Shown here piece after piece: positions 1-8,707 of a DNA stretch of 34,623 nucleotides. The position numbers and the translations under genes were made by a program. Origin of the DNA: an uncultured Candidatus Saccharimonadales bacterium (lineage in GTDB: Bacteria > Patescibacteriota > Saccharimonadia > UBA4664); contig CAZDGK010000005.1 in the NCBI GenBank assembly GCA_964505035.1, positions 1 to 34,623 of the forward strand, read 5' to 3'. Below the pieces are notes generated by a model that worked only from the letters and a program-made list of their open reading frames with translations, was not told where the DNA came from and ran no database searches. The stretch's first letter is position 1. Each line of letters opens with the position of its first letter.

Positions 1-3000
1 AGGATCTCGATGAGGGCCAGGTTGAACTGATCGGCGGTTGGGGCGGTGTCGTTGATGGTGACGACGGTGCCGGAGGCCGGGGTGGGCGCGGTCTGGCGCT
101 GCACCCAGTAGGTGTCGCCGGCGGGGGCCAGGTATTGGTCGACTAGGGTTTGGTTGGGACCGACGGTGCGAGCGGTGGCGGTGGACCAGTCGGTGCCGGC
201 GGCCCAAATCCAGGAACCGGCCCGGGTGGTAGTGATGGTGGCCGTGGGGGCGCCGGTGGCGGCACTGGCGCCGGCGGTGGCGCCCAGGGCAGTGTCGGCA
301 TTCTTGAAGCCGGCCACGGTGATGGTGCCTTGCCACGAGCCACTGGCCCGGGTGGCGGTAACGGCGGTGGCGGTGAGGGGTCCGGGCGCCACGGCCTGCC
401 AGATCTCGGCGGTGCCGGACTGGGTGTTTTGACGCTTTCGCAAGGTCCAGGTGAGACCGCCCCCAGACACTGAGCTAAACGAGGTGGCACCGGAGCCGCT
501 GGGCCCATCGGAGCTGAGGAAGGCTAGCAGCAGCTCGTTTGACTGAGTGGTGGTGATGGCCGGCGACGTAATGGTGGTACCGGCGACCGATTGGTGGGTG
601 GTCACCTGCGCGTCCAGGCTGATGACTGATGGGCCGGTGGGGACGGTGGCGGAGGCCGCATTGGAGGCCGGGCCGACATTGCCGGCGGCGTCCTGGGCTG
701 TCACGGTGTAGCTATAGGCGGTGCCGGCTATGACCGAGCCGTCGGTGAAGCTGGTGCCGGTGGCGGTGCCGATGGGACTGCCGTCCCGGCTGATGTTGTA
801 GCGCGACACGCCCACGTCATCGGTGGCGGCGGTCCAGGCCAGCGCCACCTGACCCGGCGCCGGCGTGGCGGTGAGGCTGGTGGGAGCGGTGGGCGGCGTA
901 GTGTCGGCGGTGGTGGTAGCCACAGTCTCATTGGACGACGGGCTGACGTTGGCGGCGGCATCTTCGGCCCGCACCTGGTAGTAGTAGGTGCCGGGAGCCA
1001 GCCCAGAGTCGGTGTAATTGAGGGCCGATCCGCTGACCTGAGCCACCTGGTTGGCTGGGCTGGGTGTGAAGCCCGCCGCCGTGGAGCGGAAAACGTCATA
1101 GTGAGCCACGCCAACGTTATCGGTGGCCGCCGCCCAGCTCAGGTCGACCTTGCCGACACCGCCGGCAGCTGCGAGGTTGGTGGGGGCGGTGGGGGCTACA
1201 TTGTCTTCGAACGGCGCCGGGAAGCGGACGAAGCTCGAGACCGACGGCACGCCGTTGCCGTTCACAATTGACAGCAGGTAGTAGCCGGGAGGGGCGTAAT
1301 TGCCGTTTTGGGGCATCTGGACGTTGAGACCGCCGGCAGTTTGGGTGAAGCTCAGCGACAGCGCCCGGGCGTTTTGGTCAAAAGCGTGGGTGCCGGAACC
1401 GGTGCGGATGAGCGAAACCCGCGTGATATTGGCAGCGTCCGGGGTTTGCACGAAGGTACTGGTGTTGTACTGGACCGTGCCGGGAACGGAGGTAATGGTG
1501 GGGCGGGCGCCTTTGAACAGGTAGGACGGTGAGTAGATTTGGTAGTTCTGCTCGTCGGGTACGCCCGGGTCACCGCCGGAGCCGCTGACGAACACCCGGC
1601 CGTCGGGCAGCAGCTGGGCCGTGGAGTGGTAGAGACGAGGGGCGGTGAGCGCAGCCACCGTGTGCCAGGTGCCGGTGGCCGGGTCCCAAATTTCGGCCGG
1701 CAAGACGGCGTGAGCTTCGTTGAAGCCGGTACGCTCAGTGCCTCCGCCGGTGGCCAGGACTGTGCCGTCGGGCAGGTTGGTGAGGTTGGTGAAGCTGCGC
1801 GGGAAGGCCATGGAGCCGGTGGGCTGCCAAGTGGGGTTGGGTTGGTTCATATCGAGGGTGTAGGCAGTGTTGGCTGCGTTGCCGGTGTTGCCGTCATCGG
1901 CCGCCGTGCCGGCCTTCATGAATTTGCCAGGAGCGTAGTTGGCAATGCTGGAGCCGTCGATGATGCGCGCGTCAACCGTGGACCAGGTTTGCAGGTTGGA
2001 GCTGAGGACTTCGGTTTGGGTGGCGATTTCGCTGGCGCCGGCCCAGAGCACGCGGCCGTCGGGGAGCTGATACATGAACGGGTAAATGGGAATGTTGTGG
2101 GTGGCCGAGGTGAGGTCACTCCACGTGTTGTGCTGGGTGTCGTAGATCTCGGGGACTTGGATGAGATCGCTGGCAGAGCTGCCGTAGCCGGCCGTGACCA
2201 GGACGCGGCCATCGCCCAGGGTGGTGCCGGTGGCATACCAGCGCGCGTAGTGCATGTCGGCTAGCGTCTGCCAACTTTCGGTGGCGGGGTTGAAGGCGGT
2301 AATGGTTTTGGTGCCGAGCCCGCCGGAGGTGGAGGTGCCGCCGATGACCATGATTTTGCCGTCGGGCAGGACCGCTTGGCCGGCGCAGAACAGGTCGGCC
2401 AGGGCGTTGGGGACTTGGGTTTGGGCGCCGTTTGACGGGTTGAGCAGATACTGGGCGCCGCCCTGACTGAAGTCGCCCTGGAAGGTGAGGATTTTGCCGG
2501 TGTAGGTGAGCGCGGCATGGATGGAAACCTCGGGCCAGGCTACAACCGGACCCCAAGCGCCAACGACTGACGGATCGCTGGAGCCGTTGCTAACGGTGAC
2601 GGTTACGGTGGCCGAGGTGGCGGTGTTGCCGGAGGTGTCGGTAGCTACGGCTGCCAACGTGTGGCTACCGGCCACCGCCGTGGTGGTGTCCCAGTTGACT
2701 GAGTATGGGCTGGCGGTGTCGGCAGCGCCGAGGTTGGCGCCGTCGAGGGTGAACTGAACCGCGGCTAGGCCGACGTTGTCGCTGGCGTTGGCAGCCACCG
2801 AGATGGTGCCGGAAACGGTGGTGCCGTCGGGCGGGGTGGTCAGGGCGACGGTGGGCGGCGTCAGGTCGTTATTGACGCTAACCGTGATGGTGGCGGCCGT
2901 GGCGGTGTTGCCGGCGGCGTCGCGGGCGATAGCCGACAGCGTGTGGCTGCCGTTACCGACGGTCTTGGTGTCCCAACTGGCGGCGTACGGTGCGGTGGTG

Positions 3001-4460
3001 TCTTCGGCTCCCAGGTTGGCACCGTCGAGCACGAATTGGACGCCGGCCACCCCGGTGTTGTCGGCGGCATTGGCGGTTACATTTACGGTGCCGAGGACGG
3101 TGGCGTTGTTGGCCGGCGCGGTCAGGCTGACGGTGGGTGGCGTGGTGTCGGCGACCGGGTCGGCAGTGGTAAAGGTAGCGTCGGCCGAAACGGCGGCGTT
3201 ACCGGCGGCGTCGGCGGATTTAACACGGTAGTGGTAGAGGGTGCTGGCGGTCAGGCCGGCCAGCGTTTGGCTGTGGTTGGTAACGAGCGCCGGTGCGAGC
3301 GTAGTTGAACTGCCGTAGCTCGTGTCCAGGCCATACTCAACCTGGGTGGTGGCGGGCTCGTCGGTGGTCCAGCTGATAGTCGCCCCGGTCTGGGTGGGGG
3401 TCCCGCTCGAGACAGCGCCAATCACCGGTGGCGTGGTGTCGGGCGCCGGCGTGGTGACGGTGGCCGGAGCCGAGTCCGCCGAGGTGTTGCCGGCGGCGTC
3501 AAATGCCCGCACGGTGTAGCTGTAGGCGGTGCTGGCCGCGGCGGTGGTGTCGGAATAGCTGGTAGCGGTGGCCGTCCCAATCTGGGTGCCGCCGCGCAAG
3601 ATCCGGTAGCCGGTGACGGCAGTGTCGTCGCTGCTGGCGCTCCAGCTAAGGTCGACCCGGGTAGAGCTGACGGCCGTGGCGGTCAGGCCCCCGGGCACCG
3701 AGGGGGCGGTGGTGTCGGTGGCCGCGGCCGGGATTTCGATCAGGGCCAGGTTCCAGCGGTCGGTGGTGGGCGCGGTGTCGTTAATGGTCACCGGCGCGGG
3801 TGCCGGAGTGGCCGCGTTCTGCCGCTGCGTCCAAAATGTATCGCCGGAAGCGGCCAGATATTCGTCCACCTTGGTTTGAGTCGGGCCAACTGTCCGCGCT
3901 ATGGCCTGGTCATAATCATTACCCACGCCCCAGACCCACGACCCGGCCCGGGTGGTCGAGAGGGTGGCACTGGGCGCTCCGGTGGCGGCATTGGCCCCGA
4001 TGGTGGCTCCATCGGCCGTAATATCGGCGCCGATAAAGGTGGCGACGGTAATGGAAGCATTATATGAACCGGAATGGGTCCCCTTGACGGTGGCGTTGGT
4101 GACCACGCTCGGAGCCACGGCCTGCCAAATCTCGGCGGTGCCGCGCTGGGCGTTGGTGCGCTGGCGCAACCGCCAGGTGAGTCCCCCACCCGTCACTGAG
4201 CTGAAGGTCTGCGCCGTACCCGGCCCGTCGGTGGCCAGGAAAGCCACCAGCAGCTCGCCGCCCTGCGAGGTGGTAAAGGCCGGCGAGGTGACCGAGGTAG
4301 CCTTGGTGGTAGCATGAGCACTGACGAGCTTGTCGATCACCAGCCCGCCGGCCGCCTGCGCCCCGCTCTTGGCAAACTGCAAGCTGCTCGACAGCCCGCC
4401 AATGGTTAGAATTGCGATAAGAGCAACCGAGAATCTGCGTAACCCCGACACACGACGCAT
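1..4460 (-). CDS. Large secreted multidomain copper radical oxidase (AA5, galactose oxidase/GlxA-like) with Fn3 and Ig-like domains; 3' end truncated by the window edge
   Basis: Manual minus-strand translation from ATG 4460 (MRRVSGLRRFSVALIAILTIGG..., signal-peptide-like) stays open to base 1. Motifs in frame: DLFCAG (Cys 2385-2387), RWYAT (Tyr 2235-2237), RLYHST (1626-1631), GTHAFDQN (His 1386-1388), PPGYYLL. Kelch-like LPDG.V...GG repeats; DTTPP/DAAGN-bounded Fn3 and Ig modules. Absent from the ORF track because there is no stop in the window. Confidence 0.93.
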   Translation of the reverse strand, partial: MRRVSGLRRFSVALIAILTIGGLSSSLQFAKSGAQAAGGLVIDKLVSAHATTKATSVTSPAFTTSQGGELLVAFLATDGPGTAQTFSSVTGGGLTWRLRQRTNAQRGTAEIWQAVAPSVVTNATVKGTHSGSYNASITVATFIGADITADGATIGANAATGAPSATLSTTRAGSWVWGVGNDYDQAIARTVGPTQTKVDEYLAASGDTFWTQRQNAATPAPAPVTINDTAPTTDRWNLALIEIPAAATDTTAPSVPGGLTATAVSSTRVDLSWSASSDDTAVTGYRILRGGTQIGTATATSYSDTTAAASTAYSYTVRAFDAAGNTSADSAPATVTTPAPDTTPPVIGAVSSGTPTQTGATISWTTDEPATTQVEYGLDTSYGSSTTLAPALVTNHSQTLAGLTASTLYHYRVKSADAAGNAAVSADATFTTADPVADTTPPTVSLTAPANNATVLGTVNVTANAADNTGVAGVQFVLDGANLGAEDTTAPYAASWDTKTVGNGSHTLSAIARDAAGNTATAATITVSVNNDLTPPTVALTTPPDGTTVSGTISVAANASDNVGLAAVQFTLDGANLGAADTASPYSVNWDTTTAVAGSHTLAAVATDTSGNTATSATVTVTVSNGSSDPSVVGAWGPVVAWPEVSIHAALTYTGKILTFQGDFSQGGAQYLLNPSNGAQTQVPNALADLFCAGQAVLPDGKIMVIGGTSTSGGLGTKTITAFNPATESWQTLADMHYARWYATGTTLGDGRVLVTAGYGSSASDLIQVPEIYDTQHNTWSDLTSATHNIPIYPFMYQLPDGRVLWAGASEIATQTEVLSSNLQTWSTVDARIIDGSSIANYAPGKFMKAGTAADDGNTGNAANTAYTLDMNQPNPTWQPTGSMAFPRSFTNLTNLPDGTVLATGGGTERTGFNEAHAVLPAEIWDPATGTWHTVAALTAPRLYHSTAQLLPDGRVFVSGSGGDPGVPDEQNYQIYSPSYLFKGARPTITSVPGTVQYNTSTFVQTPDAANITRVSLIRTGSGTHAFDQNARALSLSFTQTAGGLNVQMPQNGNYAPPGYYLLSIVNGNGVPSVSSFVRFPAPFEDNVAPTAPTNLAAAGGVGKVDLSWAAATDNVGVAHYDVFRSTAAGFTPSPANQVAQVSGSALNYTDSGLAPGTYYYQVRAEDAAANVSPSSNETVATTTADTTPPTAPTSLTATPAPGQVALAWTAATDDVGVSRYNISRDGSPIGTATGTSFTDGSVIAGTAYSYTVTAQDAAGNVGPASNAASATVPTGPSVISLDAQVTTHQSVAGTTITSPAITTTQSNELLLAFLSSDGPSGSGATSFSSVSGGGLTWTLRKRQNTQSGTAEIWQAVAPGPLTATAVTATRASGSWQGTITVAGFKNADTALGATAGASAATGAPTATITTTRAGSWIWAAGTDWSTATARTVGPNQTLVDQYLAPAGDTYWVQRQTAPTPASGTVVTINDTAPTADQFNLALIEI
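3731..4343 (-). repeat. Intragenic duplication: ~200-aa beta-rich domain, first copy (second copy at ~1..629)
   Basis: Both copies contain ELL.AFL..DGP, GGGLTW.LR.R.N.Q.GTAEIWQAVAP, TTRAGSW.W..G.D, GDT.W.QRQ and INDTAPT.D..NLALIEI. The DNA stretch gccacggcctgcca(g/a)atctcggcggtgccg occurs near 388 and near 4114. Confidence 0.9.
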
Positions 4461-4614
4461 ATAAGCCCCCAAGTTAGATACGCTATTAAATGTGCTCCGC
4501 AAAAGCAAAAAAGTAAAGGTCAGGGCTGGTGAAGTTCTAGCGTAACCCACGACCCGGAGCCAGAAATTATTGTTGCAAAACAGTCGATCAAGCCTTGACT
4601 ACTGCCTTGAGTTG

Positions 4615-4635
4615 ATATACCCTAGGGGGGTATAT
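4615..4635. promoter_or_regulatory. CsoR operator overlapping the promoter of the DUF4396-csoR operon
   Basis: Perfect inverted repeat ATATACCC-TAGGG-GGGTATAT, the C-tract/G-tract type-1 CsoR/RcnR site. It lies between TTGAGT (4607-4612) and TATATT (4631-4636), 10 nt before ATG 4646. Confidence 0.88.
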
Positions 4636-4645
4636 TGGAGACCGC

Positions 4646-5128
4646 ATGAACGACCACGAGATGAATGGCCATGACCACAGCGCCATGCAGAAAAATATGG
4701 CTGCCAGTGCTACCCTACATTGCCTGGCGGGCTGTGCGATCGGCGAGATGATTGGTGTGACAGTCGGCACGCATGCTGGCTTTGCGCCTCACCAAACGGT
4801 TATTTTGGCGGCTATACTATCGTTCATATCGGGATATAGTGTGTCGACCTGGCCCCTGGTAAAGGCAGGGGCTTCGTTTCTTAAAGCCGTGCGCCTGGTG
4901 TTTGCCGCTGACACTGTCTCAATCCTGACCATGACGCTGGCGGATAATCTGATAATGCTCCTGATTCCCGGGGCCATGGATAAAAACTTGGCCCATTCGG
5001 TTTATTGGTATAGCAGGATTCTGTCCTTATCGGCTGCATTTATCACGGCCTACCCAGTGAATGTCTATCTGCTCAGACACGGCAAAGGACATGCACTTAC
5101 CCATAGCTACCACGAGCGTAATCACTAG
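4646..5128 (+). CDS. DUF4396-family membrane protein with His/Met-rich termini
   Basis: TLHCLAGCAIGE motif, about 4 TM segments, AYPVN..L...GKGHA C-terminus; N-terminus MNDHEMNGHDHSAM. Confidence 0.85.
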   Translation: MNDHEMNGHDHSAMQKNMAASATLHCLAGCAIGEMIGVTVGTHAGFAPHQTVILAAILSFISGYSVSTWPLVKAGASFLKAVRLVFAADTVSILTMTLADNLIMLLIPGAMDKNLAHSVYWYSRILSLSAAFITAYPVNVYLLRHGKGHALTHSYHERNH

Positions 5129-5136
5129 GAGCTTAT

Positions 5137-5415
5137 ATGAAGTATGGATACGCCGAAAACAAAGAAGCCATCCTCAAGCGCCTGAAGCGGGCCGAGGGGC
5201 AGGTTCGCGGAGTAGCGCACATGGTCGAAAAGGACGAATATTGCATCGATATTCTGACGCAAATAAAAGCGCTACAGGCGGCGGTTGATAAGGTTGCGAT
5301 CGAGCTGGTACGTGACCATGCCAGGCACTGCATGGTGCAGGCTAAGGATGTAGCCGAGCAACGACAAAAAGCCGATGAGCTGGTTGGCGCCATCGGTAGG
5401 ATGCTTTCTCGCTAG
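5137..5415 (+). CDS. csoR: CsoR-family copper-sensing repressor
   Basis: RLKRAEGQVRG...YCIDILTQ...DHARHC gives the Cys-His-Cys Cu(I) ligand set; SD AGGAG overlaps the upstream stop. Confidence 0.92.
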   Translation: MKYGYAENKEAILKRLKRAEGQVRGVAHMVEKDEYCIDILTQIKALQAAVDKVAIELVRDHARHCMVQAKDVAEQRQKADELVGAIGRMLSR

Positions 5416-5483
5416 GGTCCCACGACTATTGTGCGCACGACCTGGAGCCTGGGCCTCGTTCCGGGTATTGTATGATGCTCTTG

Positions 5484-5789
5484 ATGGACCTAAGCGACTA
5501 CCTGACAACCGAGCGCATCAGAGAGCTGGCTCTGCCGTCGAACTTTGACTACGGAGAGGCTATTTATCGGCGCGGGGCCGTGGAGATGATCGAGGAGGCT
5601 GGCACGAAGGTAGAGGCCTGGGTCGGCGGGCTTGATGGGACGGTGCGCGAAGGCGGCGGATCGCGCCGGCGGACGACACTGGCCATGGCTGACGGCCAGC
5701 TTCAATGGCACTGCACGGGTAATCCGAAGACTCACCAGATCTTTTGCAAGCACTGTGTGGCACTAGCACTTCGCGTTGGCAAACATTAA
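5484..5789 (+). CDS. SWIM zinc-finger-like small protein
   Basis: RG..Y-like start (YGEAIY) and HCTG...FCKHCVALAL. Start chosen at ATG 5484, 7 nt after TATGAT. Confidence 0.7.
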   Translation: MDLSDYLTTERIRELALPSNFDYGEAIYRRGAVEMIEEAGTKVEAWVGGLDGTVREGGGSRRRTTLAMADGQLQWHCTGNPKTHQIFCKHCVALALRVGKH

Positions 5790-5998
5790 GGGCTGATTTT
5801 CACCGACTGAACGACGAGTGCGACAGCGCTGAGTATGTGAGATTTGCCAATGGCCTTTTTCGTATGGCAAGTGATCAAGAGGTAGCCAGCCCCGCGCCAG
5901 CTATAGTGCTGCGGTTATATTTGCGAGGATGTATGTAGGCTTGGCCGAGCCTGGGCGGTAGGATACGGAGGCCACAAAACGTAAGGGAGGGATGTTGT

Positions 5999-6229
5999 AT
6001 GGCAAGTAATAACGGCGAAAACGAGAAGATGACTGTCCAGGAAGCTGGGCGGAAGGGCGGCGAGGCTACGGCCCGGACCCACGACCGCGGGTTTTACGAG
6101 GAGATTGGCCGGGAGGGTGGCCAGAAGAGCCCGGGCAATTTCAGGAACGACCCGGAGCGGGCCAGCGCGGCCGGACGCAAGGGTGGCCAGGCGCGGAGCA
6201 GCGACAACAACCAAAACGACCAACAGTGA
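5999..6229 (+). CDS. KGG-repeat general stress protein (GsiB/YciG-like hydrophilin)
   Basis: MTVQEAGRKGG, FYEEIGREGG and NFRNDPERASAAGRKGG repeats; SD GGGAGG. Confidence 0.9.
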   Translation: MASNNGENEKMTVQEAGRKGGEATARTHDRGFYEEIGREGGQKSPGNFRNDPERASAAGRKGGQARSSDNNQNDQQ

Positions 6230-6231
6230 TA

Positions 6232-6252
6232 GAGGGGGCTACAGGCCCCCTC
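6232..6252 (+). terminator. Hairpin after the KGG gene
   Basis: GAGGGGGCT-ACA-GGCCCCCTC directly after the stop; no clear U-tract. Confidence 0.5.
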
Positions 6253-6354
6253 AAATGGAATTATTGGCATAAACATTTTTGGAAAAATGATCAATTCCTG
6301 TCCCTGCCTAGCCATTTATAGTGGCTTACGGATATTAGACACAAGGAGGGACCT

Positions 6355-7380
6355 ATGAGTGTTGCAAAGGTTTGGGTAAGTGGATTGATGACGGTGGTGC
6401 TGGGGATGGGCCTGGCGCCGGCGGCGGTGCTGGCGGCCCCGGGGCCAACCTGCCGGGCTCTGAGCATGCCGGTGGCGCTGGGGCCGGGCTTGCCAGCGAC
6501 TGAGACGGTGGCGGGGACGCTGTGCGTGCCGGCTCAGTTTACAGGGCCGAAGCAGGTGGACGTGCTGGTACATGGCGCATCGTATAACCGGACCTATTGG
6601 GACTTTCCGGTACAGGAGCCGATGTATTCGTATGTGAGCCGGACGCTGGCGCAGGGCCGGGCGACGTTTGCCTACGACCGGCTGGGAGCTGGGCAGAGCA
6701 GCCGGCCGCTGAGCACGGCGGTGACGATTGAGAGCGACGCATACGTCCTGCACCAGGTGATCCAGGCGGCGCGCGGGGTAGCACCGGTGCAGAAAGTGAA
6801 TGTGGTAGGACACTCGTTTGGCTCGGTCGTGGCGATAGACGAGGCCGCGACCTTCCACGACGAGGACCGGCTGGTGTTGACGGGTCTGCTCCACGCCACG
6901 GGGCCAGGGCAGACGAACCCCGCAGCCTTCCAGCCGGCGTTCCTGGACCCGCAGTTTGCCGGCCAGGGTTACGACCCGGGGTACCTGACGAGCACGCCGG
7001 GCTTCCGCGGCCAGCTCTTCTACTACGCGCCGACGGCTGATCCGGCGGTCATCGCCTATGACGAGGCGCACAAAGATGTGGCATCGGCGACGCAGTTTGG
7101 CGAAGGCTTGGCCCAGATCAACACGCCGGCTGGGGCCAATCTGTCTAACCAGGTCACGGTGCCGGTACTGGTGATTGACGGCCAGTTTGACCAACTATTC
7201 TGCGGCCTGACGCTCGACTGCAACAATCCGGCAACAGTGGCAGCCAATGAGGCGCCGTTCTACACGGGCTCGCCGAGCTTCACGTCGGCCATCGTGGCCA
7301 ACACGGCTCACGACCTGGCGCTGCACACCACAGCCGGCACGTCGTTTGCCACCATCAACCAATGGATCGAAACGCACTAG
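6355..7380 (+). CDS. Secreted alpha/beta hydrolase
   Basis: Signal peptide, LVHG oxyanion motif, YDRLGAG, GHSFG nucleophile elbow, G.FD acid, AHD His; SD AAGGAGG. Confidence 0.88.
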   Translation: MSVAKVWVSGLMTVVLGMGLAPAAVLAAPGPTCRALSMPVALGPGLPATETVAGTLCVPAQFTGPKQVDVLVHGASYNRTYWDFPVQEPMYSYVSRTLAQGRATFAYDRLGAGQSSRPLSTAVTIESDAYVLHQVIQAARGVAPVQKVNVVGHSFGSVVAIDEAATFHDEDRLVLTGLLHATGPGQTNPAAFQPAFLDPQFAGQGYDPGYLTSTPGFRGQLFYYAPTADPAVIAYDEAHKDVASATQFGEGLAQINTPAGANLSNQVTVPVLVIDGQFDQLFCGLTLDCNNPATVAANEAPFYTGSPSFTSAIVANTAHDLALHTTAGTSFATINQWIETH

Positions 7381-7470
7381 AGTGACCAGCTGATAACCGC
7401 TCCGGCAGTGCGAGCTGTCGGGGCGGTTATGGTTGGTGGATAACATTTGCCTTGGTGCTATGATGAAGCT

Positions 7471-7680
7471 ATGCAAAAGATAGCGACCAAGGTATTTATT
7501 TGGGCATCGGTGGCGTTTGGAGTGGTCGGCATTGTGTTAGTTTTGGCGTTGCCAGGGCGGGGGCAGCAGAGCTCTGACCTCAACATCATGATGACGAAGC
7601 TGCTGGTGGCGACGGGGTTTGTGGTGCTGTCGTCATTTGCGCTGAGTGTGGCCGCCAAATATTTGAACGGCAAGAACTAG
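7471..7680 (+). CDS. Small 2-TM hypothetical membrane protein
   Basis: Two hydrophobic helices; ATG 7471 lies 6 nt after TGcTATGAT. Confidence 0.75.
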   Translation: MQKIATKVFIWASVAFGVVGIVLVLALPGRGQQSSDLNIMMTKLLVATGFVVLSSFALSVAAKYLNGKN

Positions 7681-7703
7681 CGCAAGTGCTAAGCTGGTAG
7701 CAA

Positions 7704-8630
7704 ATGATCAAGAAGGCCGGCTTTGTGGTGGTGGTACTCTTTGCCATTATTGGCTTTGTGTTCACTGTGGTCTTCCTGGCGATGCAATTTGGGCTGCTGA
7801 ATGTGCGGGGTAGTGCGGCCGAGCGCAATGAGTTCTTTGCTAGCGCGCCACAGGTGAAGGCGGCCGCCACGATGCAACCCGAGCCGGGAGTGGCGCCGGA
7901 GCCGACGCCCGCGCCCAAGGACCCGGCGGTGTCGTGCGTGAGGGTGGACGCAAATAGCAACTACGTGGGGACCTGTCCATGGAATAGCGTGGATGAATGG
8001 AATGTGATTCGGAATGGGCTGGCCAAGGATGCGCCGGTTATCCGGGATGTGGCCACCAAGACACAGCTACCGCCCCGGCTGATCGCGGCAGTAGTGGTGC
8101 CGGAGCAACTGCGGTTCTTCACGAGCGAGCGCGAGTCGTTTAAGCAATTTTTTGAGCCGCTGAAGGTGCTCGGGGCGATGACCAAGTTTTCGCTAGGCGT
8201 GTCAGGGGTGAAGGTAGACACGGCGCGGCGAATTGAGCAGTCGGCCTGCGACCCGAACTCGGAGTTTTATCCCGGCCCGGGCTTCTGTGTGATGCTAAGC
8301 TACCCAGGCAGCAGTGATGACAATGCGCTCTACGCCCGGCTGACCGACCAGCGAAACCACTACTACTCATTTCTGTACACGGCGATCTACTTGAAGGAAG
8401 TGCAGGCGCAGTGGCAGCGCCTGGGTTACGACATTAGCGGGCAGCCGGGCGTGAACGCGACATTGTTTAATATTGGGTTTAATGATTCGCATCCCAAGCC
8501 GGACCCGCAACTAGGCGGCTCGACCGTGACACTGAACGGGGTGAAATACAGCTTTGGCGAGCTGGGACAGCAGTTCTTTGACTCGGATGAGCTGGTGGAG
8601 CAGCTGGCTGTACCAGAGCCGGCAGGCTAG
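7704..8630 (+). CDS. Membrane-anchored protein with probable lysozyme-like (SLT/GH23-like) fold
   Basis: N-terminal TM and Pro-rich linker, then PPRLIAAVVVPE (candidate catalytic Glu), SLGVSGVK, AIYLK and ATLFNIG in the order expected for lysozyme-like motifs. Confidence 0.55.
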   Translation: MIKKAGFVVVVLFAIIGFVFTVVFLAMQFGLLNVRGSAAERNEFFASAPQVKAAATMQPEPGVAPEPTPAPKDPAVSCVRVDANSNYVGTCPWNSVDEWNVIRNGLAKDAPVIRDVATKTQLPPRLIAAVVVPEQLRFFTSERESFKQFFEPLKVLGAMTKFSLGVSGVKVDTARRIEQSACDPNSEFYPGPGFCVMLSYPGSSDDNALYARLTDQRNHYYSFLYTAIYLKEVQAQWQRLGYDISGQPGVNATLFNIGFNDSHPKPDPQLGGSTVTLNGVKYSFGELGQQFFDSDELVEQLAVPEPAG

Positions 8631-8707
8631 ACTTTTATGAGATTGCTCATAGCTTCACCTGGAGCAGTGGCATAGGCTGTAATCACCTATAACCTAAGGG
8701 GGCGATC

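Noticed and set aside
112-4317. Many short ORFs in the track on both strands (e.g. 1539..2264 +, 2776..3231 +)
   Set aside because: They are shadows or alternate frames of the single large minus-strand oxidase gene; GC-rich antisense frames lack stops.
5844-6007. 11-nt repeat GTATGGCAAGT (5862 and 5997), a possible 24-codon ORF at 5864..5938, and inverted repeat TTGCCA-N15-TGGCAA
   Set aside because: No SD or properly spaced -10 for the short ORF; the repeat is short enough to be chance and has no other support.
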